A stretch of 64,000 bases of DNA from Gemmatimonadota bacterium (GTDB lineage: Bacteria > Gemmatimonadota > Gemmatimonadetes > Longimicrobiales > Gaopeijiaceae): assembly GCA_034521595.1 (NCBI GenBank), contig JAXHMG010000003.1, positions 2,752,001 through 2,816,000 on the forward strand, in the 5' to 3' direction. Each line of letters starts with the position of its first letter. The first letter of the stretch is position 1. Shown in pieces: positions 19,014 through 28,166 of this stretch. The position numbers and the translations under genes are program-made. The notes under the pieces were generated by a model that had not been told where the DNA came from, made no database searches, and was given only the letters and a program-made list of their open reading frames with translations.

Positions 19014-20032
19014 CGCACCTCCGGCTCTCCGTCCACGAAGGGCACCCGCGGCACGTCGAGCTCACCGGCTCGGATGCGCCGGCGCGCTTCGTCGATCTCC
19101 CGCAGAAGGGCATCGGGAATCCGGCCCTCGACCGCCGGATTGGGCACGAAGTCCACGACTTCCTGCGTGGAGCCGGTGTAGATCGGCTCGTCCCCGATAC
19201 GGCCGGACCGCCACCGGCGCGCGGTCTCGAGGAACGCCTGGGGGATCCGGATCACCGCGCTGCCCAGGGTTACCTCCGGAGCGATATCGTTCTGGTTGCG
19301 ATTCATCCCGATGGCCCAGACCGTGTCGCCCTGTTCCACCGCCTCCCTGACCGCCTGGAAGACGCCGAACGAGGCGGCGTCGACGTTGTGGACGAGCACG
19401 TCGGCCCCCCGGCCCAACTGTGCGACGGCGGCTTCCTTGGCCGCCGCCACGTCGTCCCAGTTGCCGACGAACGACTCCAGCACGCGCACCTCCGGATCGA
19501 CCGCTCTCGCCCCCGCCTCGAATGCCCGGAACGTGCCCTGAACCGGCGGGATCTCGACCCCGCCGACCATGCCCAAGACACCCGTCCGGCTCATGCCGGC
19601 GGCCATCATCCCGGCCAGGTAGCTGCCTTCCTCCAGCCTGAAGATCAACGGGACGACGTTGTCCGAGACCCGTCCCCCACCGGACACCACGATCGTCGTC
19701 TCGGGGAACTGCGCCCCCGCCCGCATCGCCGCGTCCTGGTACTCGAAGCCGTGCGCGAAGATGAGATCGTAGCCGGCCGAGGCGTAGGCCAGGAACGCTT
19801 CGTCGAACTCCGTCGGCGTGCGCGTCTGCTGATGGCTCACCGAAGCACCCAGAGAGTCGCGCAGGGCCATGAGCCCTTCGTAGCCACCCGCGTACCAACC
19901 GGCATCGCTCACCGGCCCCGACGTGAGCAGCGCGGCCCGGAACGAGCCCTCGGCCGCGTCACCCTCCCGATCCCCGCCTCCACAGGCGGAAGCCGCGAAG
20001 AGCACGAGCGAAAGGACGAGGATTCTGCGCAT
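19010..20032 (-). CDS. BMP-family ABC substrate-binding lipoprotein
   Basis: Lipobox FAASA-C; GPVSDAGW, YDLIFAHGFEY, EGSYLAGMMA, GNWDDVAAAKEAA. Confidence 0.92.
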   Translation of the reverse strand: MRRILVLSLVLFAASACGGGDREGDAAEGSFRAALLTSGPVSDAGWYAGGYEGLMALRDSLGASVSHQQTRTPTEFDEAFLAYASAGYDLIFAHGFEYQDAAMRAGAQFPETTIVVSGGGRVSDNVVPLIFRLEEGSYLAGMMAAGMSRTGVLGMVGGVEIPPVQGTFRAFEAGARAVDPEVRVLESFVGNWDDVAAAKEAAVAQLGRGADVLVHNVDAASFGVFQAVREAVEQGDTVWAIGMNRNQNDIAPEVTLGSAVIRIPQAFLETARRWRSGRIGDEPIYTGSTQEVVDFVPNPAVEGRIPDALLREIDEARRRIRAGELDVPRVPFVDGEPEVR

Positions 20033-20167
20033 ACGGAGGACCCCATGGGAGCCGGACGGAAATCGGGCGGAAGAGTGCATAGCATAAACCGCTCACTGTT
20101 GGGAGTCCAAAGGGAGCCCTATGTTGTCGCGCCGAAAACTCGGAACCGATCCGGAGCGACGGAATCA

Positions 20168-21556
20168 ATGGAAGATCAGCGCGGTCACTGGAGCTCGAGT
20201 CTCGGATTCGTCCTGGCGGCGACGGGTAGCGCCATCGGCCTGGGCAACCTGTGGAAGTTTCCCTTCATCACCTGGGAGAACGACGGGGGCGCGTTCGTTC
20301 TCGTCTATCTGGTGTGTATCGCGGCCGTCGGCCTGCCGATCATGATGGCCGAGCTCCTCATCGGGAGGAGCACGCAGACAAGTCCCGTCGGGGCCCTCAA
20401 GGCAGCGGTCGGGCCCCTGTGGGGCATCGTTGGAGCGTGGGGCGTGCTGTGCGGCTTCATCCTGCTCAGCTACTACTCCGTCATCGCGGGCTGGTCCCTC
20501 TACTACTTCACCCAGTCGGTCGGCTGGACCATCGGTGGTTTTCCCACGCAGCTCGGCATGGGCGAGATGTTCGACAGCCAGGTGTCGAACGGGACGCTCC
20601 AGCTCACCCTGTCCGCCCTCTTCATGATCGCCACGGTCTCGGTCGTCTACTTCGGAGTGCAGCGCGGCATCGAGCGGATCGCGAAGACGTTCCTGCCGAT
20701 TCTGTTCGGAATCCTGTTGCTGCTACTCGCCAGCGCCCTCGGCATGGAAGGGTCCGGCGAGGCGCTCACCTTCATCTTCCGGCCCGATTTCGGTGGGCTC
20801 GACGCCGCCGGCGTGCTCGAAGCGGTGGGACACTCGTTCTTCACCCTGTCGCTCGGCATGGGCGCCATGATCACCTACGGCTCGTATCTGGAGCGGAATC
20901 AGTCGGTGGTGAAGGCATCGGCGATGATCGTCGCGCTGGACACCGTCATCGCGCTCGTCGCGACGGTCATCATGTTCTCCGTGATCTTCAGCGTGGCCGG
21001 CATGACCGACGAGGTCAGCGGCTCGACCGTGGGCATGCTCTTCATCTCGCTGCCTCAGCTCTTCTACACGGAGGTGCCGTTCGGCACGCTGCTGGGGCCG
21101 CTGTTCTACGTGCTCGTCGCGCTCGCCGCCCTGACGTCCACGATTTCCCTGCTGGAAGTCGTCGCCAGCTACGTCATCGACGAGCACGGAGTCGACCGGC
21201 ACAAGGCGACCCTCGGCTGCGGCGCGGTCGTGTTCGTGTTCACCATCATGTCGGCGCTCTCGTTCGGGGCGGTCTCCGGATTGTCCACCTTCGAGATCTT
21301 CGCGGACAAGCCCGGTTGGTTCTCCACGGCCGACCATTTCGTCTCGAACTGGATGCTCCCGACGGGCGGCTTCGCCATCGCGATCGCGGCCGGTTGGTTC
21401 ATGACCCGAGAAGTGACGAAGGGCGAGCTGGAGGACGGCACGCAGCCGGGTTGGTTCAAGTACGACCTCTGGCACTTCTTCATCCGCTTCGTGGCGCCCC
21501 TGGCCGTCGCGGCCATCATCGTGGCGGTCGCGTTCTTCTCGGTCGACTTCAGCTGA
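20168..21556 (+). CDS. Sodium-dependent transporter (NSS/SNF family)
   Basis: WSSSLGFVLAATGSAIGLGNLWKFP, GGAFVLVY, FFTLSLGMGAMITYGSY, AALTSTISLLE. Confidence 0.95.
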   Translation: MEDQRGHWSSSLGFVLAATGSAIGLGNLWKFPFITWENDGGAFVLVYLVCIAAVGLPIMMAELLIGRSTQTSPVGALKAAVGPLWGIVGAWGVLCGFILLSYYSVIAGWSLYYFTQSVGWTIGGFPTQLGMGEMFDSQVSNGTLQLTLSALFMIATVSVVYFGVQRGIERIAKTFLPILFGILLLLLASALGMEGSGEALTFIFRPDFGGLDAAGVLEAVGHSFFTLSLGMGAMITYGSYLERNQSVVKASAMIVALDTVIALVATVIMFSVIFSVAGMTDEVSGSTVGMLFISLPQLFYTEVPFGTLLGPLFYVLVALAALTSTISLLEVVASYVIDEHGVDRHKATLGCGAVVFVFTIMSALSFGAVSGLSTFEIFADKPGWFSTADHFVSNWMLPTGGFAIAIAAGWFMTREVTKGELEDGTQPGWFKYDLWHFFIRFVAPLAVAAIIVAVAFFSVDFS

Positions 21557-21664
21557 AGCGAGCCCCGCGAGCCCGGAGGCGATGTCGGGCACAGCGCACG
21601 CGACGAAACGGCGGATGCGGTGTAGATTATGGGTTCCAGGGAACCTAGCATCCGGCGAGACGAC

Positions 21665-23758
21665 ATGATCAAGGATCTCCTCGAAAGACCGATCGAGAAG
21701 CGCCCCACCACGCTTCGATTCGACGGGCGCACGCTCTACCTCCTCGACGACTCGGAGCTCGTGAGGGCACAGCTCTACGAGGGGCAGGATCTCGAGCTCA
21801 CCGACGAGCTCAGAGAGCGCCTTCGCGATCAGATCTCCACCGACGAGATCACCCCCGCTTACGTCTGTTTCTTCTACGACGAGACGCTGGGCGAATTCCC
21901 GTACCTGGGCCTGCGCACGACCAACCGGACGACGGGCGAGACCGAATACCCGGTCCAGCGCAACGCCGTCAAGGACGGAGGCTTCGTTTGCTCGGTCGCC
22001 GGTAAGCGCCGGGGGAAGGGAAGCAGCCGTGAGGCGAGCCCCTACGCGGAGATGCACGCGGGGATCGAGGTGGTGGTCGCCGAGAGCATCGAGCGCATCT
22101 ACAACGAGAACTGCCAGAACCTGGGTGTGCTGACGACGACCGACTTCTCCCTCATCGAGCGCATCGAGGCGGGCGAGGAGATCGAGCTCGAGGAGTTCAC
22201 CCGGGGCAAGGACGACATCACACGCCAGATCATCGAGTACGGCGGGCTGTTCGAGTTCAACGTGGCCCGCCTGCAGGGCAAGGTTTCGATCCCGGTGACG
22301 TCCGCGCTCGAGCCCAACGCTCCGAAGCACCGCCCGATGACCGTGGCCGAGAAGGTTTTCGCGCGGCACCTGGTCATCGACGCGTCCAAGGGTGAGGCGG
22401 GCGCGCCGTGGGTGCGGCCCGGTGACGCGGGATTCTTCCGCACCGACATCCGGTTCAGCCACGAATACGTGACCCCGATGGCGTCGATCTTCTTCGAGGA
22501 GAAGGTCGGGAAGGATGCGAAGGTCGTCGACAAGGACTCGATCCTCTTCTTCCGAGACCACCTGACCTTCCTCTCGAAGGTGATGAGCCAGGAGCGCATC
22601 GAGGAAGGGCTGCTCGACGTGGCCAACGAGCTGGAGGTCAAGCAGCGCGAGTTCGCGGACAAGCAGGGCGTGAAGCTCTACGGTGAGCAGATGGGCCACC
22701 AGCTCGGCTCACAGGCGATCTGCCATTCCAAGATCCTGGAGGAGTACGCCGAGCCCGGCATGCTGGTGATCGGCACCGACTCCCACACACCGCACGCCGG
22801 AGCGATCGGCTCGGTGGCCTTCGGCGTGGGCACGACGGCGATCTTCAACTCCTGGATCACGAAGGACGTGCGCGCCAGCGTCCCTCAGTCCTTCAAGGTC
22901 GTGGTCACCGGTGAGCCCCCCGAGAACGTGACGGCCAAGGACTACATGCTGGAAATTCTCCGTCACCCCTACATCCGGGACGGAAACGCCATCGGCCAGA
23001 TCATCGAGTACGCCGGCCCCGCGGTCGAGGCGCTGAGCGTGGACGAGCGCGCGACGATGACCAACATGGCGGCGGAGGTCGGCGCGTTCACCGGCATCAT
23101 CGGGGCGGACGAGAAGTGCGTCGAGTTCATGGTGAACGAGCGCGGCATGGACCGCGCACGGGCCGAAGAGCTCATCGAAGGGATGCAGAGCGACCCCGAC
23201 GCGGAGTACGTGAAGGTCATCGAGATCGACGCGGCGACCATTCGGCCGATGGCCGCTCTCCCCAACGACCCCGGCAACGGCATCCTCATCGACGAGCTCG
23301 AGGCCGAGCAGATTCGCATCGATATCGCGTACGCGGGCTCGTGCACGGCGGGGAAGAAGGATGACATGGACATGTACGCCCGAGTGCTGGCCGAAGCCGA
23401 CGCCGAAGGGCTCAGGGTGCACCCCGACGTGAAGCTCTTCATCCAGTGCGGCTCGACCGAAGTCCGCGACTACTGCCGCGAGCAGGGTTACATGGACCTC
23501 TTCGAGCGTATGGGGGCGGAGTTCATCGAGCCGGGCTGCGGGGCGTGCATCGCCGCGGGCCCGGGTGTGACCAGCTCGGAAGAAGACGTTTCGATCTCCT
23601 CCCAGAACCGGAACTTCCCGGGCCGCTCCGGCCCCGGGCAGCTCTACCTCGGGTCACCGTATTCGGTCGCGGCGAGCGCGATCGCGGGCTACGTCACCAG
23701 CTGGACGCCGGGACAGAAGGTCCAACCGGCGGAGCCACGGAAGCTCGCCACGGTCTGA
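21665..23758 (+). CDS. Aconitase-family [4Fe-4S] hydro-lyase: N-terminal LeuD-like swivel domain fused to a LeuC-like domain
   Basis: Swivel motifs ISTDEITP, GKGSSREASP, RIYNENCQNLG, IIEYGGLF; then MTVAEKVF, DHL, ICH, GTDSHT, NMAAEVGA, GSCT, PGCGAC, NRNFPGR. Confidence 0.88.
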   Translation: MIKDLLERPIEKRPTTLRFDGRTLYLLDDSELVRAQLYEGQDLELTDELRERLRDQISTDEITPAYVCFFYDETLGEFPYLGLRTTNRTTGETEYPVQRNAVKDGGFVCSVAGKRRGKGSSREASPYAEMHAGIEVVVAESIERIYNENCQNLGVLTTTDFSLIERIEAGEEIELEEFTRGKDDITRQIIEYGGLFEFNVARLQGKVSIPVTSALEPNAPKHRPMTVAEKVFARHLVIDASKGEAGAPWVRPGDAGFFRTDIRFSHEYVTPMASIFFEEKVGKDAKVVDKDSILFFRDHLTFLSKVMSQERIEEGLLDVANELEVKQREFADKQGVKLYGEQMGHQLGSQAICHSKILEEYAEPGMLVIGTDSHTPHAGAIGSVAFGVGTTAIFNSWITKDVRASVPQSFKVVVTGEPPENVTAKDYMLEILRHPYIRDGNAIGQIIEYAGPAVEALSVDERATMTNMAAEVGAFTGIIGADEKCVEFMVNERGMDRARAEELIEGMQSDPDAEYVKVIEIDAATIRPMAALPNDPGNGILIDELEAEQIRIDIAYAGSCTAGKKDDMDMYARVLAEADAEGLRVHPDVKLFIQCGSTEVRDYCREQGYMDLFERMGAEFIEPGCGACIAAGPGVTSSEEDVSISSQNRNFPGRSGPGQLYLGSPYSVAASAIAGYVTSWTPGQKVQPAEPRKLATV

Positions 23759-23928
23759 CCACACATGGCGGAAGCCCGGTGGCCTGCCGGGGTTGCGGAG
23801 AACGCGGCGGGCTGACGAGACTCTTGATTCACTGGCATTGATCATGCATCTATGCAGTCGACAGGAGTCGGGACGCCAGAAACCCGGCCGCCCAGCACCC
23901 TGTTACATCCTCAAGAAGGAAGGAAGGC

Positions 23929-24618
23929 ATGAGTACCATTCGTTGGACCTCTCCGAGGCTCGCCATGATGGCCGGTCTCGGCATGGTCGGATTGACGAGC
24001 GCTTGCTCCACCGTCAGCCCGGATGAGCTGGACTCCGACCTCTCCGCACTGCGTGCCGAGATGATGGAGGAGATGGAGGCGGGTGACGAGCAGGTCACGC
24101 AGGAGATGGACGGCCGGCTGAGCTCCATCGAGCAGCGGCTCTCCCAGCTCGAATCCGACCTCAGCCAGATGGAGCGCGACTTCGAGGTCACCGTCCAGAG
24201 GCTCGAAGAGCAGCTCCGCTTCGACGTGCCGGTGTACTTCGGCTTCGACGACGCCACGCTGACGGCCGACGCCCGGCCGATCCTCGACCGCTTCGCGGCA
24301 GTCGCCGAGGAATACTACCCGGAGGCGTTGATCACCGTGGAAGGGTTCACGGATCCGTCGGGCCCGGCCGAGTACAATCAGCAGCTGGGACAGCGCCGAG
24401 CCGACACCGTCCGCGACTACCTCGTCCAGGGCGCTTCGGTCGGTGACGAGCGCGTGCGCGCCGTCAGCTATGGCGAGAATTCAAATCGGTTGGTCCAGCC
24501 CGACGAAACGGGCCCCGGCCAGACCGGCTGGCAGAATCGCCGTGTCGTGTTGGTGATCGACCACCAGGGCGAGCCGCCGACAGTCTCGACCGAAGAGCAG
24601 CAGGGTAGCACCGAGTAG
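23929..24618 (+). CDS. OmpA-family peptidoglycan-binding lipoprotein with N-terminal coiled coil
   Basis: Lipobox LTSA-C; heptad region; VYFGFD, VEGFTD..G..EYNQQLGQRRA..V, SYGE, NRRV. Confidence 0.92.
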   Translation: MSTIRWTSPRLAMMAGLGMVGLTSACSTVSPDELDSDLSALRAEMMEEMEAGDEQVTQEMDGRLSSIEQRLSQLESDLSQMERDFEVTVQRLEEQLRFDVPVYFGFDDATLTADARPILDRFAAVAEEYYPEALITVEGFTDPSGPAEYNQQLGQRRADTVRDYLVQGASVGDERVRAVSYGENSNRLVQPDETGPGQTGWQNRRVVLVIDHQGEPPTVSTEEQQGSTE

Positions 24619-24645
24619 CGTCTACCCGGTTCGCGCGAAGAGCTT

Positions 24646-24681
24646 GGCGGGGCCCGGCCGGATCGGCCGGGCCCCGCCTTT
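24646..24681 (+). terminator. Intrinsic terminator after the OmpA-family gene
   Basis: Perfect 15-bp stem GGCGGGGCCCGGCCG-gat-CGGCCGGGCCCCGCC followed by TTT. Confidence 0.8.
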
Positions 24682-24759
24682 CGTCTTCCGCGAAGGAAGG
24701 CCCGGACCCGGCTCCCTTGCGGGCAACACCCGCGGAGTGTGAGCTTCGGGCGACAAGAT

Positions 24760-24810
24760 GGCGATGGAGTTCGCCAGGACCGCGGCTACCCGCCGCTGAT
24801 GACTCCTCCC
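24760..24810 (+). ncRNA. Fluoride riboswitch (crcB motif)
   Basis: Consensus GGCGATGGAGTTCGCC...GCTGATGACTCCT directly upstream of crcB; the GGAGT/ACTCC pseudoknot pairing is present. Confidence 0.92.
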
Positions 24811-24842
24811 ACCGGCGCATCGCCGGGCGGGGAGTCTTTTTT
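24801..24842 (+). terminator. Terminator of the riboswitch expression platform
   Basis: GACTCC..CCGGCG-cat-CGCCGG..GGAGTC followed by TTTTTT; its 5' arm is the aptamer pseudoknot strand. Confidence 0.85.
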
Positions 24843-24858
24843 GTTGGCGGGAGCTCGA

Positions 24859-25239
24859 ATGACGCTTCTCTACATCGCGCTCGGTGGAGCGGCCGGCGCC
24901 CTGGCCCGCTACGGCCTGGGAGGGTGGGTGCAGAACAGGATCGCGGTGGCGTTCCCCTGGGGAACGCTCACCGTGAACGTGATAGGATGCCTCCTCATCG
25001 GGCTGAGCATTCCCTATCTGGAAGCGCTGCGCGTGAAGCCGGACGTGCGGATGCTGGTGGCCGTGGGCGTGCTGGGCGCCTTCACGACGTTCAGCGCGTT
25101 CGGATACGAGACAGTAGCCCTCCTCCGTGAGGGCGCTTGGCCCCGCGCCGTAGGCTATGTCGGAGCCAGCGTCATTCTCGGGATCGGCATGGTATGGGTG
25201 GGGATCCGCCTCTCCACGATCCTCCCCGGCGGCTCCTGA
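24859..25239 (+). CDS. crcB: Fluoride efflux channel Fluc/CrcB
   Basis: GGAAGALARY, FPWGTLTVNVIGC, GVLGAFTTFSAF; 126 aa. Confidence 0.95.
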   Translation: MTLLYIALGGAAGALARYGLGGWVQNRIAVAFPWGTLTVNVIGCLLIGLSIPYLEALRVKPDVRMLVAVGVLGAFTTFSAFGYETVALLREGAWPRAVGYVGASVILGIGMVWVGIRLSTILPGGS

Positions 25240-27469
25240 GGTCGGCCGAACCCTTCGAAAACGGGCGCCCCACGCGGCCCAAGCGCAGCGCGTTCACGGT
25301 CACGGCGAGCGAGACGCCCATGTCGCCAATGAGCACGGCGGCGATCAGGGACACCGCACCGAACGGCACCCCCACGGCCAACACCACCTTCACCGCCAGG
25401 GCGAGGACGATGTTCGTGCGGATCACCCGCACGGACTCGCGGGACAGATTCCGCACGTAGGGCAAGCGGGCGAGGTCGTCCCCCATGAGCGCGATGTCGG
25501 CCGTCTCCAGGGCCGCGTCCGAGCCCGCGGCCCCCATGACGACCCCGACACCGGCGGTCGCCAGGGCGGGCGCATCGTTGATGCCGTCACCGACCATCGC
25601 CACCGGCCCGTATCTCCGGGTGAGCTCGCGCACGGCCTCCACCTTGTCCTCCGGTAAGAGGCCGGCCCGCACCTCGTCGACGCCGAGCTCGCGCCCGACC
25701 ACGTCCGCCGTGGCGGGCGCATCGCCCGTGAGCATGACCAGATGTTCCACGCCGCCGGCCCGCAAGGCATCGAGCGTGTCACGGGCGGAAGCACGGGTCC
25801 GGTCCGCGATCCGGAACCATGCCGCGAGCCGACCGTCGACGGCGACCGCGATGGCCGTCCCTTCCTCTTCCGGCCAGGGAGCTCTGCTCCGAGCGCCGGC
25901 GAGCGCGAAGTCAGGGGTCCCCACCGCCAGGTCCCGCCCCTCGACCGTGGCGCGCACTCCCCGCCCGGGCGTCGCCGCGAATCCCTCGATCCGGCCGGTC
26001 GGCCGGGCTCCCGAAGCGCGGGCATACTCCACGATCGCCCGGCCGACGGGATGCTCGGAACGGGCCTCGACGGCCGCGACTTCCGACAGGAGCCCGAGCG
26101 GATCCACGCCCTCCTCGAAGCTCACATCGACCACGGCCGGACGCCCGAAGGTGAGCGTGCCCGTCTTGTCCAACGCAATGGCCCGGACCTCACCGAACGC
26201 TTCCAGGTAAGTGCCGCCCTTGATCAACACCCCCCGGCGCGCGGCGGCGGTGACCCCACTCACCACCGCGACGGGCGTCGAGATCACGAGCGCGCACGGA
26301 CACGCGATGACCAAGAGGGTGAGGCCACGGGTGAACCAGACCGAGAAGCTTCCTCCGAAGAAGAGCACGGGGAGGACCACGACCGCCACCGCGGCCAAGG
26401 TCACGGCGGGCGTATAGACCCGTGCGAAGCGGTCGATGAAGCGCTCGGTCCGTGTCTTGCGGGCTTCGGCTTCCTCAACGAGCCGGATGATGCGCGCAAG
26501 CGTGCTCTCCGACGTCGGCCGATCGACGCGCACGGCGAGAAACCCCTCACGGTTGATCGTGCCCGCGAACACGACCCCACCCACTTCCTTCTCGACCGGC
26601 ATGGACTCGCCCGTGACGGGCGCTTGATCCACGGCCGAGTGTCCCTCGACCACGGTCCCGTCGACCGGGAGGCGATCCCCGGGGCGAACGACGACCACGT
26701 CGCCGGGCACCAACTCCTCGACACCGACCCTGACCTCGTCGCCGTGCCGTCGAACCGCGGCCGTGTCCGGCGTGAGCTGCATCAGCGCCTGCACCGAGGT
26801 GCGAGCCCGGTCCACCGCGTAGCGCTCGAGAAGCTCGGCGACCGCGAACAGGAAGGCGATCGCGGCTCCCTCGGCATACTCCCCGATTCCGACCGCTCCG
26901 AGGATGGCCACGGTCATGAGGAAGTTCATGTCCAGGGCGAGCGCCCGAGCCGCGCGGACCCCCTTCGGAAAGAAGTTCCACCCGCCGACGAGCGCCGAGA
27001 CGATGAACAGGACATCGGTCGGGCGCAGGGATCGTCCCACGACCGACAGCGTCGGCGCCGAGACGCCGGCCAGATGGAGCAATCCCGCGAGCGCGAAGAG
27101 CCCCGCCGAGGCGTAGGCGATCCGCGCCTGCCGTCCCGCCCAGGTCCCCGGTGTCGCGGCATCGGGCCCGAGCTCCCGCGTCGCCCCGGCCTCATCGAGG
27201 GTCTCGGTGGCGTAGCCCAAGCGCTCGACCTCACGGCGGAGGCCGTCCGATTCCGCGAGCGTCTCGTCATACACGATGTCGAGGCGCCTGCGCATCGGGC
27301 TGCCCTCCACCTCCTCGACCCCCGGAACCCGGCAGAGACGGTCGTTGATCGTGGCGAGGCAACCGGCACAATCCATGTCGGGCACGGTGAGAACGAGCCG
27401 TTCCCTCCGCGTCTGGTCGGTCGAGGAGCCCGGTGCCCCGTCGGCCGGGCGGGCCGGTCGCTCACTCAC
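25172..27469 (-). CDS. cadA: Heavy-metal (Cd/Zn/Pb) P1B-type ATPase
   Basis: HMA motif MDCAGC; TGES; CPCALVISTP; DKTGTLT; HP; MVGDGINDAPALA; DMG. Confidence 0.93.
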   Translation of the reverse strand: MSERPARPADGAPGSSTDQTRRERLVLTVPDMDCAGCLATINDRLCRVPGVEEVEGSPMRRRLDIVYDETLAESDGLRREVERLGYATETLDEAGATRELGPDAATPGTWAGRQARIAYASAGLFALAGLLHLAGVSAPTLSVVGRSLRPTDVLFIVSALVGGWNFFPKGVRAARALALDMNFLMTVAILGAVGIGEYAEGAAIAFLFAVAELLERYAVDRARTSVQALMQLTPDTAAVRRHGDEVRVGVEELVPGDVVVVRPGDRLPVDGTVVEGHSAVDQAPVTGESMPVEKEVGGVVFAGTINREGFLAVRVDRPTSESTLARIIRLVEEAEARKTRTERFIDRFARVYTPAVTLAAVAVVVLPVLFFGGSFSVWFTRGLTLLVIACPCALVISTPVAVVSGVTAAARRGVLIKGGTYLEAFGEVRAIALDKTGTLTFGRPAVVDVSFEEGVDPLGLLSEVAAVEARSEHPVGRAIVEYARASGARPTGRIEGFAATPGRGVRATVEGRDLAVGTPDFALAGARSRAPWPEEEGTAIAVAVDGRLAAWFRIADRTRASARDTLDALRAGGVEHLVMLTGDAPATADVVGRELGVDEVRAGLLPEDKVEAVRELTRRYGPVAMVGDGINDAPALATAGVGVVMGAAGSDAALETADIALMGDDLARLPYVRNLSRESVRVIRTNIVLALAVKVVLAVGVPFGAVSLIAAVLIGDMGVSLAVTVNALRLGRVGRPFSKGSADLRSRRGGSWRGGSPPIPCRSRE

Positions 27470-27815
27470 GAACGTGCTCCAGGCCGGTGCCGAAGAGAAC
27501 CCCGATATGGTCGTCGTCCAGCCGATAGTAGGCCATGCGGCTCTCCTTCCGGAAGCGCACCAGCCGAAGCGCGCGCATCATGCGCAGATGATGGCTCACG
27601 GCCGACTGACTCACGCCGGTGAGCGCCGCCAGGTCACATACACACAGCTCCCGGCCCGCCAGGGCCTCGACGATCCGCAACCGTGTCGGGCTGGCGAGCA
27701 CCTGGAACATCTCCGCCAGGCGTTCGAGCTCGCCCGCCCCGGCGCGAGCGGCCATGACCTCCCGGACGGCCTCGTCGTCGACGAGAGTGACGTCACACAG
27801 CGCGTCTTCCGGCAT
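27462..27815 (-). CDS. ArsR/SmtB-family metal-responsive repressor (CadC/SmtB-like)
   Basis: LASPTRLRI, ELCVCDLA, SQSAVSHHLR, YYRLDDDHI, EH at the C-terminus; overlaps the cadA start. Confidence 0.92.
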   Translation of the reverse strand: MPEDALCDVTLVDDEAVREVMAARAGAGELERLAEMFQVLASPTRLRIVEALAGRELCVCDLAALTGVSQSAVSHHLRMMRALRLVRFRKESRMAYYRLDDDHIGVLFGTGLEHVRE

Positions 27816-27860
27816 GGTCTCCACAGCCCCTCCGGGAATTCCGACCGATGTCATGACACA

Positions 27861-27886
27861 AATATATGAGCAGGCGTTCACGCATT
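27861..27886. promoter_or_regulatory. Putative SmtB/CadC-type operator
   Basis: Imperfect inverted repeat AATATATGAGCA-GG-CGTTCACGCATT with a TGA-N8-TCA core like SmtB boxes, upstream of the repressor gene. Confidence 0.65.
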
Positions 27887-28166
27887 CTACCCGGGACGAT
27901 CGTCATCAGTCCGCGACCGAAAGGCTCATTGCTCCTCGGAATCAGGGGGCAGAATGTCGCGCACGGAATCTTCCGGAGGCCTGACGGACTCCCCCGTAGG
28001 CCGCTCCGGGCGCGGGAGGATGCCGCCCGGCCGTCGACCGTCGAGATCGAACCCGATCGCGACGCCGGCGTACGCGATGAGGGCCAACTGGTGCGGGTCG
28101 GCATGGGTCAGCGGCGTCCACAGGTCCAGCACGCCAATGGGCGAATCGAGCTTGCCGAAGACGGGG

